Assembly (NCBI GenBank): GCA_963749655.1
Contig: CAVVOB010000011.1
Span: forward strand, 1-21,769
Origin: Nitrospirota bacterium
Lineage (GTDB): Bacteria > Nitrospirota > UBA9217
Direction: 5' to 3'
DNA: 21,769 nucleotides
Below the pieces are notes generated by a model. That model made no database searches. It was given only the letters and a program-made list of their open reading frames with translations, and was not told the DNA's origin. Each line of letters opens with the position of its first letter. The first letter of the stretch is position 1. Below, one piece after another: positions 17,201 through 21,769 of the stretch. The translations under genes were made by a program, and so were the position numbers.

Positions 17201-17324
17201 CGCGGACTTGCTGCACGGCGATGTGGCGCCCCTTGTCAACGGAGCGCCCCAGCCGGACCAGAAGATTGATGTCAGCGACGTTGTGGCGATCCTGAGACGG
17301 GCGGTCGGGCTGCTGATCTGGTGA
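14226..17324 (+). CDS. Secreted M6-family (immune inhibitor A-like) zinc metalloprotease with Ig-like/beta-sandwich domains, two BACON-like repeats and a C-terminal dockerin-like domain
   Basis: Signal peptide then VPASP..QPDGT prodomain; FYEEVSYG, IWSHRW, zinc motif HEFAHSLGLPDLYD (from 15264), WSLMAYGSW, EYFLVENRQ, GLLVWHID. Two C-x-W-T-A-x-S-N-D-x-W-I repeats. C-terminal GDLDGGGVSSTDALRALRIAAG...GDVAP...KIDVSDVVAILRRAVG. Confidence 0.9.
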   Translation: MNNFLRIQCRREGLFFAVFLLGIIFIVLPPSQSDAVPASPELKSLQQPDGTKIKARQWGDESYHGWETEEGYTLQFDDALKAWTYAVRSADGGLMSSGRIAGKGPVPAGSGRNLRPTSTYRYAMPLKRLTREGKQLSSTVKPALQSTQARSPQLVTPSAGTANVPVILINFSNTTTTYAAADFTTLLFGTGNNSMKDFYEEVSYGAFSVSAGPAGVKGWYSSSHSHDYFSPNEKWVGTLVREAVAAADTDVNFSFYDQDGDCYVDVVNIVHQGTGAEASYNNTDIWSHRWNLNSSYDSGYSDGGAYTTNDLCTANTSSHIIVNDYIIQPEVLSGTTSSISTIGVFAHEFAHSLGLPDLYDTDSSSTGIGSWSLMAYGSWNGVDREGDRPAHLDAWSKFFLDWVTPMLVDGTLTSEAIDTAATTPDVYQLLGGTSLSGEYFLVENRQKTSFDAGLPGSGLLVWHIDGNLINSTISANTVNDNECIPPYDCSANHYGVALVQADNRWDLEGGTLGFGNYGDASDPYSATTNSALSDTTSPAAVLYDGTKTGLSVSLISASTTTMTATLSAPADYLVISGASTLQEGGTSSYSAVMHWGNGTSVAITPTWSIEPASPYASIDSSGLLTTQPVPADQAVTIQAVYTSGKTYSATKPVTIFRIMPLAEAVDSGLTFSTGGNAAWFGQAAISHDGTDAAQSGVLQDNQSAWFETTVSGPGSGSFFWKVSSETFYDFLRFYIDGAQKNEISGEVDWAQVAFTVTGSGNHTLRWEYSKDYMLLMGSDTAWVDQVTFVSTACSTASISPVSASLGEAGGTGDIAVTADGSCSWTAISNDAWIAVTGGATGAGNGTVNYLVSENTGSARSGTITAAGKTFTITQAAAACVSLITPTAGSFVWSGGSGDIAVTIGSACTWTAVSNDSWITVTGGTTGTGNGNVTYDVAEHIGGARSGTITAAGQTFTVSQSASWDGDLDGGGVSSTDALRALRIAAGLQTASSADLLHGDVAPLVNGAPQPDQKIDVSDVVAILRRAVGLLIW
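16602..17108 (+). repeat. Tandem intragenic duplication encoding two BACON-like domains (about 258 bp period)
   Basis: GGTGDIAVTADGSCSWTAISNDAWIAVTGGATGAGNGTVNY..ARSGTITAAGKTFTITQ versus GGSGDIAVTIGSACTWTAVSNDSWITVTGGTTGTGNGNVTY..ARSGTITAAGQTFTVSQ. Confidence 0.88.
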
Positions 17325-17337
17325 TCGGGCACCGTTG

Positions 17338-17346
17338 TGTTATAAT
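17338..17346 (+). promoter_or_regulatory. Extended -10 promoter element upstream of the lipoprotein
   Basis: TG-T-TATAAT, a perfect extended -10, shortly after the protease stop codon. Confidence 0.55.
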
Positions 17347-17481
17347 TACGTATCAACCTTGTTTGACCTCCTGCTGCCTACCGGTCATGTTTTCTCTCCT
17401 GAGGGAGAGGATGGGGAGGAGCAGACGTTTCAATGGGGCAGGGTTACATTTCCTTTCCTATTCGACAAAGGAGATAAAATC

Positions 17482-18021
17482 ATGAGGAAGACGGTTATTT
17501 CCGGTATTATGGTTTTTATGCTAGCTCTCACCGCCTGTGGCGGAGGAGGGGGCGGAGGAGATACAAATCCGAATCCAAATCCTCAGCCTACGAAAGCTGT
17601 TGTCACGCTGGCTACAAAGGTTACAGGATCAATCCCCCCCGGCACGACTCTCGGCGGATATGAGGTTACGCTCGTCCTGCCCGCGGGCGTTACGGTAAAG
17701 AGCACTATGTCGCCTCCTGAACCGGATTCAGGAGTGGTCTCTGCCACAGGGGAGGCGGCCGGGTCCTACATTATGGCAAACTATACAGCTGCCACATCGT
17801 CTTCAGCCGGCAGCATCAAACTCGTTCTGGTAAGCTCAAGTACGATCAACGCCGGCATATTCAGCACCATCACCTGCGATCTTGCGGCAGGCAGCAGCCC
17901 TTCAGCAGCTGATTTCACTACAACGGATTTTAAGGCCAGCGGTCTTGTTTCGACCCCCACGGCTTCAACCGTTGATCTCACATCAGAGCTTTCTTTGTCG
18001 GTAACAGCAACGCTCCAATAG
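17482..18021 (+). CDS. Lipoprotein with poly-Gly/Asn-Pro tether and a beta-sandwich (possibly cohesin-like) domain, 179 aa
   Basis: AAGGAG SD before ATG 17482; MRKTVISGIMVFMLALTAC lipobox; CGGGGGGGDTNPNPNPQP linker; alternating beta-strand pattern (GGYEVTLVLPAGV, GSIKLVLV, GIFSTITCD). The cohesin-like assignment is from pattern recognition only. Confidence 0.75.
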   Translation: MRKTVISGIMVFMLALTACGGGGGGGDTNPNPNPQPTKAVVTLATKVTGSIPPGTTLGGYEVTLVLPAGVTVKSTMSPPEPDSGVVSATGEAAGSYIMANYTAATSSSAGSIKLVLVSSSTINAGIFSTITCDLAAGSSPSAADFTTTDFKASGLVSTPTASTVDLTSELSLSVTATLQ

Positions 18022-18044
18022 AAGAACGAGGAGACACACGCGGT

Positions 18045-19349
18045 ATGGCAATATTACGAACATCCATCTTAAAGACTTTATTCCCGCTTGTTCTGACCGC
18101 GGTCATCGGATTCTGGCCCTGTCCGGCCCGCGCAACATCCACCATTGCAATGACCTCCCTGGGAGGCACGAGCTTCGATCTTCAGGGCATAGACGTTTCC
18201 GGCGCCGCTGCCTTCGATATAACGATTTCCTACGATGCGAGCGGACTGTCCGGTCCGGTCGTCACTCAGGGCAGTCTGGTTTCCGGGGCTATGATGGCGA
18301 TTAACACCAATACTCCCGGTGCGATTCGAATAGCGCTCATACGTACTACGCCGGTGCAGGGCACCGGCAGCATCGCATCCATCGTTTTTTCCGGATCAGG
18401 GGGGAGCGGGATCAAAGCGCTCAGCGCCGCACTGGCTGACATCAACGGCAAGTCGATCCCCTCAACCGTGCAGATCAACAATTCCTCTTCCGCTTCTGAT
18501 GTGAATGCAGACTCATCAACAACAACAAAAACCTCTTCGCAGTCTCCGGTCGGTTCCGATTCAGGATCAACATCTTCCGAGAGCAGCACGGGAACTTCCG
18601 CAACAGGGTCAGGATCGCAGACAGCCGTTCTTCCGGGCGGGATCATCGTCGCCCCCGGGCAGACGGTGCCGCAGACCGAGCAAAAGCAGCCTGCGGAAGA
18701 AACAGTGGAGGAAGCTGCCCCGGAAAAACCGTCAACGCCGGAAGTAAAAATCGCATCACGGGGAAGCGACGATCAGGTTTCTCTGCCCGCGAAAAGGATC
18801 TTTTCCCAGGAGAGCGTTCTGGACCGGTTCAAAAACTATAAAGGCCCCCGGTCGGCGCAGGCCTACATTATGCTGTTCCGCCAGGAATCGATGATCGGAT
18901 TCAAGCAGAGCCCCGGGGTCGCGATCTCGGACGGAGTTACGCCCATACGGGTATCATTCCTTTCAGCAAGCGACGTGAAATCGTCTCCCGATGTGGCGCT
19001 GACAAACGCGCGCCTGCTTTCCCTCAAGAGGGACACGGACAATACCAACACCTGGATCGCCGACATTCTGCCGGAGCGGGGGGCGTTGAGCGCAAGCCTC
19101 GCCGTGTCCCAGGGAGATTTGAACATGATCTTCCCGATCGTGACCGCACCGGCCTGCGATATCAACCTGGCAGGGAAGGGCACAGTCGATGAAAATGTTT
19201 TCGCAGGCTTCCTGAACAACCGGAGCAAGGAAAAATCGAAATACGATGTGAACAAGGACGGCAAGGTGGACTACATTGACGATTATATTTTTACCGCCAA
19301 CTACATCCGCTTCGTCACGACTGCGCCGACGGGTGTAAAAGGTAAATAG
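18045..19349 (+). CDS. Secreted cohesin-domain protein with Ser/Thr-rich linker and C-terminal EF-hand/dockerin-like motif
   Basis: GAGGAG SD; signal peptide ending ..CPARA; cohesin-like AAAFDITISYDASGL..QGSL..NTPGAIRIALI..GTGSIASIVF..ADING; long S/T/P/E linker; C-terminal DINLAGKGTVDE and YDVNKDGKVDYIDD. Confidence 0.8.
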   Translation: MAILRTSILKTLFPLVLTAVIGFWPCPARATSTIAMTSLGGTSFDLQGIDVSGAAAFDITISYDASGLSGPVVTQGSLVSGAMMAINTNTPGAIRIALIRTTPVQGTGSIASIVFSGSGGSGIKALSAALADINGKSIPSTVQINNSSSASDVNADSSTTTKTSSQSPVGSDSGSTSSESSTGTSATGSGSQTAVLPGGIIVAPGQTVPQTEQKQPAEETVEEAAPEKPSTPEVKIASRGSDDQVSLPAKRIFSQESVLDRFKNYKGPRSAQAYIMLFRQESMIGFKQSPGVAISDGVTPIRVSFLSASDVKSSPDVALTNARLLSLKRDTDNTNTWIADILPERGALSASLAVSQGDLNMIFPIVTAPACDINLAGKGTVDENVFAGFLNNRSKEKSKYDVNKDGKVDYIDDYIFTANYIRFVTTAPTGVKGK

Positions 19350-19568
19350 TGAGACTGATAGAATCGCTGTCAATGTATCTTTGAGGCGTGTCTCACAGCA
19401 CCGTCATTGAAGGTCATTCCATTCGCTCTGCCTGCAATAAGATCTCCTGGCAACGCCGTCGGGAAGGTCGCTGAACACACCCGCCTCGCATGCATTGCTG
19501 CATCTATCTCCTCCCGCTCTCTTCCCCTCGACAAACCCTTAAAAATACTCTAATATTATCCAGAACCC

Positions 19569-21769
19569 ATGGACGACATCAAAACCATCCTCGATAGGAT
19601 ACCGCAAACCGCTGAGTTTTGCAGCGCGGGACGGGTTCTCCCATGTAAAGAGTCTGGCAGGCACCGAAGCTTTCATGAAAGTGCAGCTCGAGGGGCTCAG
19701 GCGCCATCTTCCGGAAAGTCCCGAGGTGGATCAGATGGAGCGGCTCTTTAGCGGGTTCGACGGCCTTTCACAGGACCAGAAGAAAGACCGCATCCTGTCT
19801 GCCATGGCCCTGATCGATGCACTCGACAACGCTCATACAACTGGTCCAGAGCCTGTACAGAAGCGGCCGTCATTTCAACCTGTTCAACCTCTCCCGCAGG
19901 AAACAAGGAATGCCTCTCAGCCTGCCCGTCCGAACACTCCTCTGGCGGCCCCCCATCAGGCAGACAAAGCGATCAAGTTCGATACGCCTGTCCAGTTCTT
20001 CAAAGGCATCGGCCCGAAGCGCGCGGAGCTGCTCAAGAAGCTCGGTATCGTGACTGCCGAGGACGCATTGTTCTATCTCCCCTGGCGGTACGAGGACCGA
20101 AGCAACTTCAAGAAGATCGGCAGGCTTTCCTACGGCGCCTACGAAACGGTTTCCGGCAAGGTCGTTTCAGCCGATGTCGTTCAGACCAAAAGACAGCGCG
20201 TCAAGATCTTCGAGCTGGTGATCACCGACGGGAGCGGCATGCTCGTGGGCTCATGGTTCAACCAGGCTTTCATGAAGAAGTCTTTCAGGGCAGGACAGCA
20301 CGTGGTCCTTTCGGGCGTGGTCAAATCGAACCCTTATAAGAGCGGGCTGCCCCAGATCGATAATCCTGACTATGAGATCCTGGACGAAGACGAGGGCGAC
20401 AATCTCATCCATACGGGCAGGATCGTCCCGATCTACCGCACGACCGCCGGGCTCTCGGTGCGGACGCTCCGGAGCATGATCAAGAACATTCTCGATTCCT
20501 GCGGTCCGCTCGTGCACGATGCGCTGCCCCAGGCGATTGGAGCCAAATATGGATTGATGGGCGTGCCCGGGGCCATGTTCGAGGTCCACTTTCCTGAGAA
20601 AGAAAAGGATCTTTCCCTTTTGAACAAGGGTATGAGCGCAGGACACCGCAGGCTGAGCTTTGAAGAGCTCTTCGTGCTGGAGCTCGGGCTTGCCCTCCGG
20701 CAGGCAACGATGACCGAGGAGAAGAAGGGCATTCGGTTCGCTCCGCTGAACAATCTCGAAACAGCGCTCAGAAAAAGCCTCCCTTATGAACTGACCGGCG
20801 CCCAGGAACGGGTGATCGCAGAGATCAGACGAGACATGACGTCAGAGTGGCCCATGAACCGCCTGGTGCAGGGAGATGTGGGTTGCGGGAAAACCGTCGT
20901 GGCGTTCATCGCCTCGCTTCTTGCTGTTGAAAACGGGTACCAGGCCTGTATCATGGCGCCCACGGAGATCCTTGCTGATCAGCACGCTAAAAACATGAGC
21001 GCCCTTGCCGCACCTCTGGGCGTCACGGTCCGCTCGTTGACCGGCCGTATGAAAAAGAAGGAAAAGGAATCCATTCTGGCGGAGATTGCGTCAGGAGCTG
21101 CTCAGATCGTCGTCGGCACCCATGCCCTTATTGAGGAACAGGTCGCCTTCAAGAGGCTCGGTCTTGCTGTAATCGACGAGCAGCACCGTTTCGGCGTCAT
21201 GCAGCGTTCGACCCTTACGTCCAAGGGATACGAGCCTGACGTGCTCGTCATGACGGCCACGCCCATCCCGCGCACCCTTGCGCTCACGGTTTACGGCGAT
21301 CTCGAAGTGTCGGTGATCGACGAGATGCCGAAGGGAAGAGCGCCGATTATCACAAAGCTGTATTTCGAGACCCGCCGCACCGAAGCCTACGGTTTCATGG
21401 AAGCCGAGCTGGCCAAAAGCAGGCAGGTCTACATCGTCTATCCGCTCGTGGAAGAGACGGAGAAGAGCGATCTCAAGGCTGCGACCGAGATGGCGGGGCA
21501 TCTCCAAAAGGACGTGTTCCGGTCCTGGAAGGTCGGCCTCCTGCACGGCAGGATGAAAGGTGATGAAAAGGAAGCGGTCATGAACGCGTTCAAGTCCGGG
21601 GAGATATCCATCCTCGTTTCCACGACGGTGATCGAGGTGGGCGTCGACGTGCCGAATGCCACGGTCATGGTAATCGAGCACCCCGAGCGGTTCGGCCTGG
21701 CCCAGCTGCACCAGCTCAGGGGAAGGGTCGGCAGGGGGGGGCACCAGTCGTACTGCATTCTGATGGGTC
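19569..21769 (+). CDS. recG: ATP-dependent DNA helicase RecG (3'-truncated by window; apparent 1-nt frameshift near 19602)
   Basis: Frame from 19603 to the edge contains VQFFKGIGPKRAELLKKLGI..LPWRYEDR, RLVQGDVGCGKT, IMAPTEILA, IDEQHRFG, MTATPIPRTL, TTVIEVGVDVPNA and QLRGRVGRG. ATG 19569 joins this frame if one C at 19602-19603 is removed; otherwise the first in-frame ATG is 19675. Confidence 0.95.

Noticed and set aside
4998-17324. Type I secretion of the protease by the adjacent TolC/ABC genes
   Set aside because: The protease has an N-terminal Sec-type signal and no RTX repeats, and the ABC is MacB-type rather than HlyB-type.
17335-17481. Longer start for the lipoprotein
   Set aside because: It covers the promoter/leader; the SD and lipobox spacing support ATG 17482.
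19349-19396. GTGAGAC...GTCTCAC inverted repeat after the cohesin gene as a terminator or mobile-element end
   Set aside because: Only 7 bp with a long loop and no U-tract; insufficient support.
19569-19751. 60-aa standalone small ORF
   Set aside because: Best explained as the recG start read out of frame after a 1-nt indel.
21734-21741. G8 tract as a phase-variation site
   Set aside because: It is in frame within the conserved RecG motif GRVGRGG of a housekeeping gene.

Overview
Bacterial chromosomal window of moderately high GC. The gene style suggests Nitrospirota or Desulfobacterota, but that is inference only. In order it carries: the 3' end of infC, rpmI and rplT; a bidirectional terminator; a TPR+AMIN N-acetylmuramoyl-L-alanine amidase; prfB on the minus strand with the canonical CTT-TGA-C +1 programmed frameshift; and a divergent TetR-led efflux cluster (TetR, TolC-type channel, RND adaptor and MdtB/C-like permease, then a MacA adaptor with split MacB ATPase and permease). 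A three-gene accessory module follows, and recG runs off the right edge. The accessory module is the most interesting part: a secreted M6 (immune inhibitor A-type) metalloprotease ending in a dockerin-like domain, a Gly-tethered lipoprotein with a possible cohesin-like fold, and a secreted cohesin-linker-dockerin-like protein. Together these suggest a cellulosome-style surface protease assembly in a diderm. Also notable are heptamer tandem and inverted repeats at gene junctions, a clean TetR operator candidate, and five apparent single-base indels (four compensating ones in prfB, one in recG) that most likely reflect sequencing error.
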